Both the position numbers and the translations under genes were made by a program. DNA of 64,000 nt, taken from assembly GCF_006345805.1 (NCBI RefSeq), contig NC_043013.1, forward strand, positions 2,542,001 to 2,606,000. The letters run 5' to 3'. How positions within the stretch are numbered: position 1 is the stretch's first letter; each line of letters opens with the position of its first letter. Below the pieces are notes generated by a model. The model was not told the origin of the DNA. It ran no database searches and saw only the letters and a program-made list of their open reading frames with translations. Below are positions 25,926-38,414 of this stretch, in pieces. The DNA is from Octopus sinensis. Lineage: Eukaryota.

Positions 25926-25982
25926 TAAATAAATTACACTTAATTTAAAATGTATATTTTTGAATCGATTGTCTAACAAATA

Positions 25983-26288
25983 GCTGGTACTCCGTTGGTT
26001 AGGACGACGAGGGTTTTAGTTGATCCGATCAACGGAACAGCTCCTGCTTGTGAAATGAACGCACACGTGACTGAGCACCTCACCACAGACACGTGGACCC
26101 TTTGCGTAGTTCTCAGGAAGATTCAGCTTTGTAATACAGGTACAACTCATTTTTGCTAGCTGAGTGGACTGGAGCAGCGTGGAATAAAATGTCTTGCGCA
26201 AGGGCAAAACGCGTCGCAGGGAATCGAACTCACGACATTGTGATCGTGAGCCGAATATCCTAACCTCTAAGAGCTACGTGCCTTCACC
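25983..26288 (-). mobile_element. CORE-like SINE family E
   Basis: Homologous to 23021-23347, with an internal deletion. Confidence 0.85.
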
Positions 26289-26386
26289 TTGCTAAATATT
26301 ATAGATGTTCTTTCTATAATATATTATGTCATCCTTCCATCTCAGTCAATTGTCTTCGGATTATATAAATTTTGTATGTTTAATAT

Positions 26387-26680
26387 GTGGAGGCACATGG
26401 CCTAGTGGTTAGAGCAGCGGTCGAGGGATCGCGGGTTCGAATCTCAGACCGGACGATGTGTGTGTTTATGAGTGAAACACCTAAGCTCCACGCGGCTCCG
26501 GCAGAAGGTAATGGCGAAACTTCTGCTGACTCTTTTGCCACGACTTTCTCTCACTCTCTCCTCCTGCATCTTGCAGCTCACCTGCGACGGACCGGCGTTC
26601 CGTCCAGGTGGGGAACCTATACGCCAAGAAACCGGGAAACCGGCCCTCATGAGCCAGGCATGGCTCGAGAAGGAACAAAC
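26387..26680 (+). mobile_element. tRNA(Arg-like) SINE family D with TSD
   Basis: Perfect 11-bp TSD ATGTTTAATAT (26376-26386, 26681-26691). Head like family C; tail CCTGCGACGGACCGGCGTTCCGTCCAGG..AAGGAACAAAC. Confidence 0.9.
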
Positions 26681-27139
26681 ATGTTTAATATACTATGTCT
26701 TCGATTTCGTTCCATTGTTAAAAGGGTGTTGTTTAAAAACATTACAGTAAACAGTAGCAGAGTAATATCATGGGTGAGAAGAAAATACCGAAGAAGATAA
26801 AGTAAGTGTGCTCTTCAATATAGGTATTTTTGTTATTGGCACAGCCATGTGGATGTAGATAGGAGGTTTGCGTCGCAACCACATGGTCTCGGATTCAGTC
26901 CCGAAACCTTAAAAATATTTGCTGGACTCGACTTGATCGAACAAACCCTTCAAGAGGTGCCCCAACATGGATGCAGTGTGAAACAAGTGAAAGAATAGAG
27001 GAATATATTTGCTTTCAAAGGACACCACCAATAGTTGATGGTGTAAGGTTAACGTTGTGACACAATCAGCCTGTAATGGGTATGTGAAACCGGAGGAGCA
27101 AATCCTGCACCACATTTCAATACACCACAGTCAATTCCT

Positions 27140-27198
<59 letters not shown>

Positions 27199-28383
27199 AG
27201 AGGGAAATGGAGGGGGAGATAAGGAGAGAGAAGGAGAGAGAGAGAGAAGAGGGAGAGAGGGAAAGAGAGGGAGAGAGAAGGAGAGAGAAGGAGAGAGAAG
27301 GAGAGAGAAGGAGAGAGAAGGAGAGAGAGAGAGAGAAAGTGAAGGAAAGAGAGAATTTCTTCAGCTCTGGTAACATTTATTCTTCAACTTCAAAAGATAG
27401 TCTATCCAAGTTCCAGTGATTCTTTCAATTTTTGGATATTTTACTATGACTTCATCATCAATTAAAATTTTCATTTAAAATTCATTACTTTACTTAGCAG
27501 CACTTCTAAAAGGATTTCTGCTTTTACGTATCAACTCCTTCTAATCTATTCAAAACAATATATTTCTATAACATTACAAGAATATTTGAATTATCTTTTA
27601 TTCTTTAGACTTGTTTCAGTCATTGGACTATGGCCATGCCGAGGCACTGCCTTGAAGGGTTTAGTCGAACAAAATGATACCAATATTTACTTCGAAGTCT
27701 GCTACTTATTCTATCGGTCTGTTTTCGGGAATCGTCAGGTTTCGAGAACGCAAAAAAAAAATCGGTTATCAAACTGGCGGGGAACAAACGCAAACATATA
27801 AACGACTGAATCCGAAACCATATGGCTTGGAAGCAAATTTCTTACCACACAACCATGCCGGCACCTCTAATTATATATTCTTCTGGACAAAGTTTTTATT
27901 TACCACAATTATTCCGTGTTGTATGTAATTTCAGGAAGCCAATGTTGTACATTTAATTTACAATGTTTCACAAAATGAATATGGAATATTTTGCATACGA
28001 CATTACTTTGTTTTAATATAATTTGCGAAAGTTTTGCTCTTTTTTCTTTTACTCTCTTATTTTAATCATATTAAACAACGTCTGGCTGCTATCTTAATTA
28101 TTCGTATTTTAATCATACTAATAAACAACGTCTGCTTTATTAATTATTCGTATTTTAATCACATTAATGAACATCTTACCTTTAAAATAATATAAATCTG
28201 TTTACATTTATGTTAAGTTTAATTATAGCCTTAACTATTATTAGGAATAAATGTTAGGAGCGGTGGTGAGTAACCAAGTATTTGATGGCGGATAAGAGAT
28301 TATTAATAAAATATATAATGAGGCTCTGACCAAGATGGCTCCAAATATGTGATATACGTATATTTCTGTATACTGCTATGCGT

Positions 28384-28420
<37 letters not shown>

Positions 28421-28554
28421 AGCACATGTTTACATATACATGTATGTGATACGTGTATGTTGCACTTATGTGTATATAATTTTCTGTGTGCTGCTGTTAA
28501 TTCAAATGTATAAATATACATACATACATGCACATACCCCCACACATATATATA

Positions 28555-28739
28555 CGATGGGCTTCTTTCAGTTTCCGTCTACTGAATCCACTTACAAGGT
28601 TTTGATTGGCCCGAGGCTTTGGTAGAAGTCATTTATCCAAGTTGTCATGTCGTAGGACTGAAGCCGGAACCATGTCATACGGATGCAAGCTTCTTACTAC
28701 ACAGCCACGCCTGCGCGTTTCTATCTATCCATCTACTTA

Positions 28740-28814
<75 letters not shown>

Positions 28815-28965
28815 TGTGTGGTAATACGTTGTCCTCCCAATCAGATGGTTCCGTGTTCAGTCCCACTGCGTGGCACCTTGCTCCAGTGCATTCTACTACA
28901 GCCTCGGGCCGACTAAAGACTTGTGAATGGATTTGGTAGACGGAAACTGAAAGAAGCCCGACGTA
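28555..28965. mobile_element. Two SINE A 5' halves head-to-head around a (CT)n(TA)n tract
   Basis: 28555-28715 is on the minus strand and 28815-28965 on the plus strand. Confidence 0.75.
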
Positions 28966-29025
28966 TATGTGTATAAGTGTGTGTATGTGCGCGTGTATAT
29001 ATATGTGTGTGTGTATATATATATA

Positions 29026-29103
<78 letters not shown>

Positions 29104-29394
29104 CGTGCGTGAGTGTGTGTGTTGGCCGCCAACACTTTTTCTGCGGGTAGCTTATCCTGTTCCGGCTATATTATTAGCCTTATCCTGCGTTTGAGAATTA
29201 AAAATCCATTCTTTAACTTCCTAAGACATCTCAACTCTTCTGAAGCAAACTTCGTTTGTTTGTTTTCGTTCATCGTAATTTGAATTTAACTTAATCCATA
29301 ATGATTAGACTAGCCAAATATATTTGGTGTCACCTACGGCTATTCGGGAACTAGGCCGGACATAGCTTCTTTACGACTTGTCACCAGCTATTTA

Positions 29395-29650
29395 GGGTGT
29401 CAGCACTCACGATCGCGAGAGTGTGGTTTCAATTCCTGAACCGGCTGGTGTGCTGCGTTCTTGAGAAAAACACTTTATCTCACGTAGTTCTGCGATCGCT
29501 TCAACACCTGAGGTATGGTGTTATCTTACACCGGCTCAAACAACGCCGATTTGATGGAGGGAGTAAGCTAACGTACGGTACATACATTTGAATCAGAATC
29601 AACAAAATCCTTAGCACAGGTTGCTCAGCAAGAAATCGCAGAACCGTCTT
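29395..29650 (+). mobile_element. CORE-like SINE variant
   Basis: Homologous to 13770-14023. Confidence 0.7.
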
Positions 29651-30062
29651 TTTTCGGACTATTAGAGACTAGCATCATCGTAGGTATTGATTAATATTTA
29701 CTTGCATAAAATGAATCGCAGTGTCAGCTGTTCATTGTGTTTTTTCATAAGTAGATATTTTCTCTTTGTAAACTAAGTGAGTCGAGGTGGAAGAGCCATA
29801 GACTCAGCTACTTACTGCACACTTCAGCAACATTCGCTGATGTTCTTGGAGATGAGTTTATAATCTCCTGTAGATTATTGACTACACCTTCATATAAAAC
29901 TTGGAGATTTCTAACGTTTTATATCAAGTGGACTTTTGTCATGTAACGTATTTTACTCTGCTAAATGTATCCAATAATGTTTTTGTTGTATAAACCCCTA
30001 TTATATTCATACATACATACGTACACACATACATACATTAGTACAAGAACATATTGTGTGTG

Positions 30063-30124
<62 letters not shown>

Positions 30125-30333
30125 AAATAAGAAGTGACATCAAAAGAATGAGACATTTATATTAGGTAAATAGAGGATTATTTATATATGTATAATATAG
30201 GACAATCAGTAAGTTGTTATCATAGTACTCGGAGTTTCGAATGTCGGAGCGAAGAGCTACGATACATTCTCGTCGGCTATTAAGGGCAACAAACGCTATG
30301 AAAAACTGTTGAATACCCTAATAGGTAGAATAA

Positions 30334-30700
30334 ATGAAAAAAAGAAAAATGGGAAGAGATAAAAAATATTTGTGCCCGCTAAATGGAGTATGTATGACCG
30401 AGGCCATTATTTATGAACCCACCATAAATTCTACGAACGCTAATAAGACAGTTTCGTCAGAGATATATGGATCTCACGGAGGGAAATTTCAAAGTAAGGT
30501 TCAACAATCTCACCTTAGGCTTCAGATACTGGGATAAACGAAAAACTACCAAATTATCCAGCCATATATGGTTCTTAAAAGAAAAGGTGTCAGCTATAGG
30601 ACTTACTGGAAGATCTTGGCTAAATATAAACCTTATACCAACGGTAGTGGCAAGTGCGGCCATTGTAATATGGAAAGATGACTCATCTAGAAAAGTTCCT
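30334..30700 (+). mobile_element. Penelope-like element, GIY-YIG endonuclease remnant
   Basis: Joining frames across two frameshifts gives CPLNGVCMTEAIIYEPTI..YMDLTEGNFKVRFNNLTLGFRY..TTKLSSHIWFLKEKGVSYRTYWKILAKYKPYTNGSGKCGHCNME. This is the typical PLE endonuclease pattern (CPLxGxC..IIY..YIGxTE..R..H..S..IW.LK..W.I..C.LC). Confidence 0.88.
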
Positions 30701-31146
30701 TGGACCCCGCTACATGTCTAAATTCAAGAACTGAACATTTTGGATCATGTCCAAATGTGACAAAATACCTGCTACGGTTTGGGGCTCCCCACGATCATGG
30801 ATAGAATCCACATTTTTACTATGTTCCTGCACAAGCTTTCCATATGTCTTAACACTTTTCCTTCTTTATTTTATATATATATTTTTTCCTTTTTTTTTCC
30901 TTTTTACTCGTGTGAATGTATGTGTGTGAGTATATCTATATGTATACATATATTTTTATATGTATGTGTCTGTGCGTCTGTATATATATATGTATGCATA
31001 TATGTATGTATATAAGTGTAAGACTGAATTCGGGGCATAAGTGCGACATTCAGGCACCGTTCATTTATACGGATATGCATGTGTTTGTATATGTGCGGGT
31101 GTAGGCGTGTGATAGGAGGATGTATATATATATATATATGTACGTG

Positions 31147-31179
<33 letters not shown>

Positions 31180-31234
31180 TATATGTATGTGTGTTTATAT
31201 ACGTATGTGCGGGGGTGTGAATGTATACCTATAA

Positions 31235-31560
31235 ATACATACACCAACCCTATACATACACACGTCCAGACCCCTCATACGCACTTATACTCTCTCATAC
31301 ACACACACACACACTTATACATACCAACCCTATACATACACACGTCCAGCCCCCTCATACGCACTTATACTCTCTCATACACACACACACACACTTATAC
31401 ATACTAATACGTACTAATACATACTAATACATACACCAACCCCATACATACGCACGTCCAGACCAATCCTACGCACTAATACTCTCTCATACACACCCTT
31501 ATACATACTAATACATACACCAACCCTATACATACACACGTCCAGACCCCTCCTACGCAC
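31235..31560. repeat. Compound minisatellite, about 80-bp unit
   Basis: ACCAACCCTATACATACACACGTCCAGACCCCTCATACGCAC recurs 4 times. It is followed by (AACCCTATTATC)x3. Confidence 0.85.
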
Positions 31561-31639
31561 TATTAGCTGGTCCTTGAACCCTATTATCAACCCTATTATC
31601 AACCCTATTATCTCCCCTTATTTCGCTCTCGCGTCTCAT

Positions 31640-31875
31640 GTTTGATCTTTGACCTCTGGCCGAAATCAGATCGCCATGTTGATTCGTTAGCTACTGCACG
31701 CATTTTTTTTCTCTCCTTTCTGTGTTTTTTTTCTCTCTGTGTATCTTTCTGTTGAAGAGCGTAGGCTCGAAACGTTAAAGACTTGTTTTATTTATATTTC
31801 CTGAGCGCCATACTAATACAATTGTTCGTTTGTTTTCCACCTGCCTTCGTCTTTTGTCTATTTTCATAAAGCTAC
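31640..31875 (+). mobile_element. Penelope-type terminal repeat with minimal hammerhead-like motif (31744-31781)
   Basis: TCTTT-CTGTTGA-A-GAGC-GTAG-GCTC-GAAA-CG-TT-AAAGA, followed by CCTGAGCG as in 55210-55415. Confidence 0.6.
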
Positions 31876-31996
31876 GTATATTTATATGTATAAATGTCTA
31901 AATATATACATATATGCATGCAGGGACCTATGTGTATATCAGGATGAAGTTGCGTGCACACACACACACACATACATACATACATACATACATACA

Positions 31997-32064
<68 letters not shown>

Positions 32065-32490
32065 TACATGTGTGTGTTTGTATGGTTATGTGTATATGTA
32101 TGAGTATGTATATGCACATATGTTTGTGTGTGTATATACATGTACATAAACATGTTTGTATGAGTGTGTACGTATGTAGTCGTTATGAACGCAGGAGGTT
32201 TAATGTCTACGTATTGTGAAAATATGGTTGCGTGTATTTTTTATCTTTTATCTTTTGTCTTTTTTTTCTTTTTACTACCTGTTAGAGTAACTTCCCTTTT
32301 TATTCAACGGTTTTTCATAGCTTCTATTGCCATTAATGGCCGACGAGAATGCATCGTAGCTCTTCGCGCCGACATTCGAAACATTCCGAGTACTATAATG
32401 ACAACTTACTGATTGTGTGTATGTGTGTGCGTGTGTGTGTGTGTATGTGTGTGTGTGTGTCTGTGTGTAAATATATAAAAATATCAATGG

Positions 32491-32521
<31 letters not shown>

Positions 32522-32621
32522 CCATACACACACTCACGCGTACACACACTCACGCACGTATGAATGTCTGTCTGCTATCTGTCACCTTCACTCTTTCTCT
32601 CTCTCCATCTCTCTCCCTCCC

Positions 32622-32666
<45 letters not shown>

Positions 32667-33031
32667 GAAATGTGCTAAGAGAAGCCACAAAGTAGCCAGT
32701 AACATGAATGTCGAAGTGGGAAACGAGGAAAGGTATGGCAAATACCATACAGGATATGTCCTTTATTCCATTGAAATATATTTGGCCACCAGAAGAGGTA
32801 AACAAACGCCCAGCGGCAACTTTGATGAGCTTCATGTGAGAAAGGAAGTTAATTACGAAAAATCAACAATTCTCCGTAATTAATATACCATCAAAGAAAG
32901 GATTTTTTTCTAGAGGCAAGGAGTCAAAAAGCATTATTAACGAAGACTCTTTCTTCGACTCCAGACAGCCGTAAGATGTAGCCGTATGTATGGCTTAAAC
33001 CTACACAAAAAATTAGAGAGTACGCATGGTA

Positions 33032-33166
<135 letters not shown>

Positions 33167-33181
33167 ATATATATATATTGT

Positions 33182-33225
<44 letters not shown>

Positions 33226-33234
33226 AAAGGTTCT

Positions 33235-33405
33235 TCGTGAGCCATAGACTGAGAAGGGCGGCTTTTTACGGATTCTGTAGCGCATACATTCCCGACCGGA
33301 ACGGGACGTCGGTCCGTTACAGTACTCCTCATGTTTGCCAGCTGAGTGAACCGGAGCAACATGAAATGAAGTGTTTTGCTCAAGAACTCAACGCATCACG
33401 CAGCA
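33235..33405 (-). mobile_element. Partial CORE-like SINE (family E body, different tail)
   Basis: GCCAGCTGAGTGAACCGGAGCAACATGAAATGAAGTGTTTTGCTCAAGAAC block. Confidence 0.7.
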
Positions 33406-33475
33406 CTAACGATCAAGACTACAACAACCTCAAGTGCTAAGCCTCGTGTATCCACACACAGAGACACACACACAT

Positions 33476-33514
<39 letters not shown>

Positions 33515-33588
33515 CATATATATATATATACACACACATACATACATACATACAAAGACACAGACACACAGACACACACACGCACGCC

Positions 33589-33670
<82 letters not shown>

Positions 33671-33734
33671 GCACGCACACTCACACACATACCTTTACAT
33701 AGCATCAGCAACGAAAGCGCTATCAGTGCCAAAA

Positions 33735-34205
33735 GATAATCTTTATATCGAACGGTGTTTGTTAGAACACCGAATACGGCGTTATTAGCGTTGAGAGAAC
33801 TCCTCATATAGGCGCATGACGCATGTGAATAGAGACACACATAAATCGTAGCAGACAAAATTCTTCCCTCACGGGAGCCGGAATTCTCATGTCACGTGAT
33901 TTCATTCTGTTGGAACGCACCATACTTTTTAATATGCCTGCTGGCTATTTGCGATATCAGCGTCTGAAAATTCTATATATCGTAGCAACCAGATTTGACT
34001 GGCATGCGGTCACTCGGTGCTCTCTACAATAGAACGAAATCACGTGATATGGAAATTCCGGTGCATGACAGACGAATATCGTCTGCTACGATCTATGTGA
34101 GCTTTTATGCACCAAGCGCCTATATGGGTGGTTCTCTCAAGGCTAATAACGCAGTATTCGGTGTTCAAAGAAGGCATCCATGTTTAGTTGGATATAAAGA
34201 TTACC
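33735..34205. mobile_element. Foldback/MITE with about 190-bp inverted arms
   Basis: 33735-33920 is the diverged reverse complement of about 34010-34205. The ORF track shows matching peptides on opposite strands (..LNANNAVFGV..YKDYL). Confidence 0.85.
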
Positions 34206-34225
34206 TTATCTTATATATATATATA

Positions 34226-34457
34226 TATTTCTTTATTGCCCCAAAGGGGTTAAACATAGAGGGGACAAACACGGACAGACAAACGGATTAAGTCGATTAC
34301 ATCGACCCCAGTGCGTAACTGGTAGTTTATTTATCGACCCCGAAAGGATGAAAGGCAAAGTCGACCTCGGCGGAATTTGAACTCAGAACGTAACGACAGA
34401 CGAAATACGACTACGTATTTCGCCCGGCGTGCTAACGTTTCTGCCAGCTCGCCGCCT
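34226..34457 (-). mobile_element. SINE family B (B1 tail)
   Basis: Intact head GGCGGCGAGCTGGCAGAAACGTTAGC; very close to consensus. Confidence 0.92.
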
Positions 34458-34802
34458 AACACCTCGCCATATATAAGAGAGTTTGTGTGTGTGTTCCTTA
34501 TGCGTTCCAAAACCGAGTTGCCATTTTTGACGTATGGGCTATCAAAAGATTCAGTAAGCTTTTCGCTACCAACTAAACTTTACTTTCATTCACTTATTTG
34601 CATTACAAAAATTTAAGATTATCATTTTTCTTTTACTTACCTATCGTAAACGGCATCTTTTACAGCGACCACTACAACGACGATGGCGTCACATTTTCTA
34701 TATTTGTTCGCGCGTTCGTTACGTACGTTAGGCCGATGACTGACAAATATATATGCGTGACGGTGTTTGTGTCTGTCGCTTTGCATACATTTTTGTGACG
34801 AC

Positions 34803-34836
<34 letters not shown>

Positions 34837-35308
34837 ACACACACATCTAAAGACACAGACAGATATATATCGGGACAGAGATAGGCTTGAGGTGTGCGTT
34901 AATGTATGTCTCTGTGTGTGTCTTAGTATATATATGTCACTCCCCCACGCATCCACCCAGCCAACAGTGAAACGCGCTGTTATTGAAAGTTACAACGACT
35001 AGGTTTCATTAGAAAGTGAAAATAGTCTTACACTTTCAATTTCGACCAAAATTACAGTGTTCGATTACGAGACTGACGATATGTGAATAATGAAAGTAAT
35101 GTTTCTCCAAATTAATCACATCTGTATTATAATAAAGGAAAATGACCTAAAAATTGTGCGACCCGCGTAGTTGCCGAGGTTATTTTAGTTGTAAAAAAGA
35201 ATTTCTGAGTGAAAAACATAGTTTATTTGGTAGAAAGATAATAAGCAGCTGCTTGCGGCTATGTTTCGTTATAACTCACAAAGTTGTCAACGAATTGTCA
35301 TCCAGATC

Positions 35309-35848
35309 AGCTGTTTTGGTGGTTAATTTCCGTAAAAAATTTTTACCTATTTACTTTTGTTTTAAAGTGAAAGAGAGGAGAAGGTGAAAAATGTTTGAAC
35401 GTGTATATGAAACAGACGTATGTGTGTGCGCGCATGTATGTCTGTGTGTGAAAGAGAGAGGGAGAGAGAGGGAGTGCCACTTACACATACATGAGTACAC
35501 ACACGTTCACTCACTCTCTCTCTCTCTCCCTCTCACGCACGCACATTTACACACAAAAAGATGCATGCATATGTATTGATGTATTTACTTATACATAACA
35601 ACACACCCCTTAAGTCACTCTCTTTCTCTCTCTCTCTTTCTTCCTTACTCTCTGTATCTTTCTCCCTTCCTCTTTCTCTCTTTCTCCCTTCTCTCTCTTC
35701 CTCTTCCTCTCTCTCTCTCCCTCTCTCTCACACACACATCCATTTCATATACACATACGTACATCTTTCATTTTCTCTTCTCACTTTAAAACAAAAGTAA
35801 ATTGTTAAAAATTCTTTTTACGGAAATTAACGAACGTTGATGACAGCT
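35309..35848. mobile_element. Foldback/MITE with about 100-bp inverted arms
   Basis: GTTAATTTCCGTAAAAA..TTTACTTTTGTTTTAAAGTGA is mirrored at 35740-35848. The interior has (GA)n versus (CT)n. Confidence 0.75.
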
Positions 35849-36188
35849 CTGCAAGTTAAAACGAAAGATTGCCTTTTGAGATCATTTTCGGACAACATTT
35901 CAATTTGCTTCTAATGTTTCACTTTCGTGCGACGTTTCACGCATGCGTAGAATTCTACTCGGACAAACATTTATGAAAGTCGACCTCGGCGGAATTTGAA
36001 CTCAGAACGTAACGGCAGACAAAATACCGCTAAGCATTTCACCCGGTTTGCTAACGTTTCTGCCAGCTCGTCACCTTATACCTTGCTTTATACCTTGGCT
36101 GCTTTATACCTTGTGTCTTCTACTATAGCCTCGGGCTGACCAAAGCCTCGAGAGTGGATTTGGTAGACGGAAACTGAAAGAAGTCCAT

Positions 36189-36255
<67 letters not shown>

Positions 36256-36509
36256 TCCAACATTGCTTGACAACCGGTGTTCGTGTGTTTACGTTCCCAT
36301 AGCCTAGGGATTCGCCCACGATATCGATAGAATCAGTATTGAAAAGAGTATGTTTTGGTGTCGATTTCTTCGACTGAAAACCCTTCAATGCGGTGCCCCA
36401 GTATGGCCGCAGTCAAATGACTCAAAGAAGTAAAAGAATAAAGACTACATATACACATGTTTTATAGAAATCACACACACTCGCACAGATATAAAGATGA
36501 ATATTTATA

Positions 36510-37040
36510 TATGTATGTGTGTATGTATGTATGTATGTATGTATGTATGTATGTATGTATGTATGTATGTGTGTATGTATGTATGTATGTGTGTGTGTAT
36601 GTATGTATGTATGTATGTATGCATGTGTGTATGCATGTGTGTATGTATGTATGTATGTATGTATGTATGTGTGTATGTATGTGTGTATGTATGTATGTAT
36701 GTATGTATGTATGTATGTATGTATGTATGTATGTATGTATGTGTGTATGCATGTGTGTATGTATGTGTGTATGTATGTATGTATGTATGTATGTATGTAT
36801 GTATGTGTGTATGTATGTATGTATGTATGTATGTATGTATGCATGTGTGTATGTATGTGTGTATGTATGTATGTATGTGTGTATGTATGTATGTATGTGT
36901 GTGTGTATGTATGTATGTGTGTATGTATGTATGTGTGTATGTATGTATGTATGTATGTAGTATGTATGTATGTATGCATGTATGTATGTGTGTATGTATG
37001 TATGTATGTGTGTATGTATGTATGTATGTGTGTATGTATG
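36510..37040. repeat. (TATG)n/(TG)n array
   Basis: Direct reading. Confidence 0.97.
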
Positions 37041-37509
37041 CATATCTGCGTCGTTTGCTCAAACGACTCCCTTGTATATATTCAAATAGTCTACGTTTAT
37101 TTCTGTATGTGATTCTGTCTATAAATGCTTCTCCCTCACTCACTTTCATTCTGTGTGCGTGTGTGTGCGTGTGTGTGTGTGTGCGTGTGTGTGTGCGTGT
37201 GTGTGTGTGCGTGTGTGTGTTTGTGTGTGTGTCGGTGGTAGCGGCAGCTGTAGCAGCTGTAGGAGCAAAGCAGACGTGGTCTGCCAAGCCTCTCTATTCC
37301 CAATAGTCTAATAATGAATGAAACCATTCCCCCCCCCCTACACACTGCTACCTTCTCTCCCTCTGCCCCTCCCCACGAGACCAAATACAAAAATAAATAA
37401 ATAAATAAAGACAGAAAGAAAACAAAACAAAACAAAAAAAAGAAAGAAGTATCGATTAGTGAATGGCGGCGGCGGCGGCGAAGAAATAATAAATAAACCT
37501 ACTTTATTC

Positions 37510-37590
37510 GTGACTGATTGGTTACTGTCTGATTGGTAAGTGTCTGCGTTTGCATTGACACAGTTGTCGTGGGGGGGGGGGGCGGACTTT
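37510..37590 (-). promoter_or_regulatory. Candidate Pol II promoter: two CCAAT boxes plus GC box
   Basis: CTGATTGG at 37514-37521 and 37529-37536 (CCAATCAG on the minus strand, NF-Y-like). GGGGCGGAC at 37579-37587, next to a (GGC)n tract. Confidence 0.4.
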
Positions 37591-37599
37591 TAGTGGCAT

Positions 37600-38300
37600 A
37601 TAGGTTACCAGTGGCACAGTGGTTGGGGATGGAGCGTTAATGGTGAATTAGTTATTAGTGAGTGTAGTTAGAGTAGGTTGACTGTTGGTGACAGATTAGC
37701 AGTGACACTATGGTCGAAGGGAGCGGATTGTTGGTGCTGATAGGTTACCAGTGGCACAGTGGTCGAGGAGAGCGGACTCTCGGTGTCGTATAAGTGGCAC
37801 CAATGGCACAGTGGTTATTGGGTGAACTGTTGGTGACAGATTAGCAGTGACACTATGGTCGAAGGGAGCGGATTGTTGGTGCTGATAGGTTACCAGTGGC
37901 ACAGTGGTCGAGGAGAGCGGACTCTCGGTGTCGTATAAGTGGCACCAATGGTACAGTGGTTATTGGGTGAACTGTTGGTGGTAGATTGGTTAGCAATGAC
38001 CCTGCAGCTTTATAGGCCAGGCATGGGCAACCATTTACGAGAAGCGGGGCTGCATGAGACAAGGATCATCATCAGACGGGCCGCACAACTAAAAAGAGAA
38101 TTTCAATGTGATTTTTTCGTTAGGTCTGTCACTGAAAAACTCCCGCGGGCTGTAGGTTGCTCATGACTGTTCTAGCGGAGCGGAGGTTGGTGATAGAGAG
38201 ATTAGCAGTGACTCTATGATTCCAGGGGTTCAAATGTTGTGACAGATAAGCTAGCAATGACACGGTGGTTATAGAGGGAGTCCTGTTGGTGACGAAGATG
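37600..38300. repeat. About 48-bp minisatellite with a 145-bp higher-order unit duplicated
   Basis: ACTGTTGGTG starts at 37681, 37826 and 37971. The two 145-bp units differ at about one site, and each contains three diverged monomers. Confidence 0.9.
38018..38169. mobile_element. hAT MITE (152 bp) inserted in the minisatellite
   Basis: TIRs CAGGCATGGGCAACC / GGTTGCTCATGACTG. Flanks TTATAGGC / TTCTAGCG fit an NTCTAG-type target. Confidence 0.75.
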
Positions 38301-38414
38301 GTTGTAACGTTTTGGCACAATTAGTGGAGTATTTGATGGCATCGCGTTGAGATATAGGCTGCGCAGTGATTGATTTGTTTTGAATGTTAGAATGTCTTGC
38401 AATATTTCTCTTGT

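Noticed and set aside
32575-32835. ABC-transporter-like peptide KLIKVAAGRLFTSSGGQIYFNG
   Set aside because: No Walker A upstream and no other ABC motifs; the similarity is too short to support. The island is unique sequence and could still be an exon.
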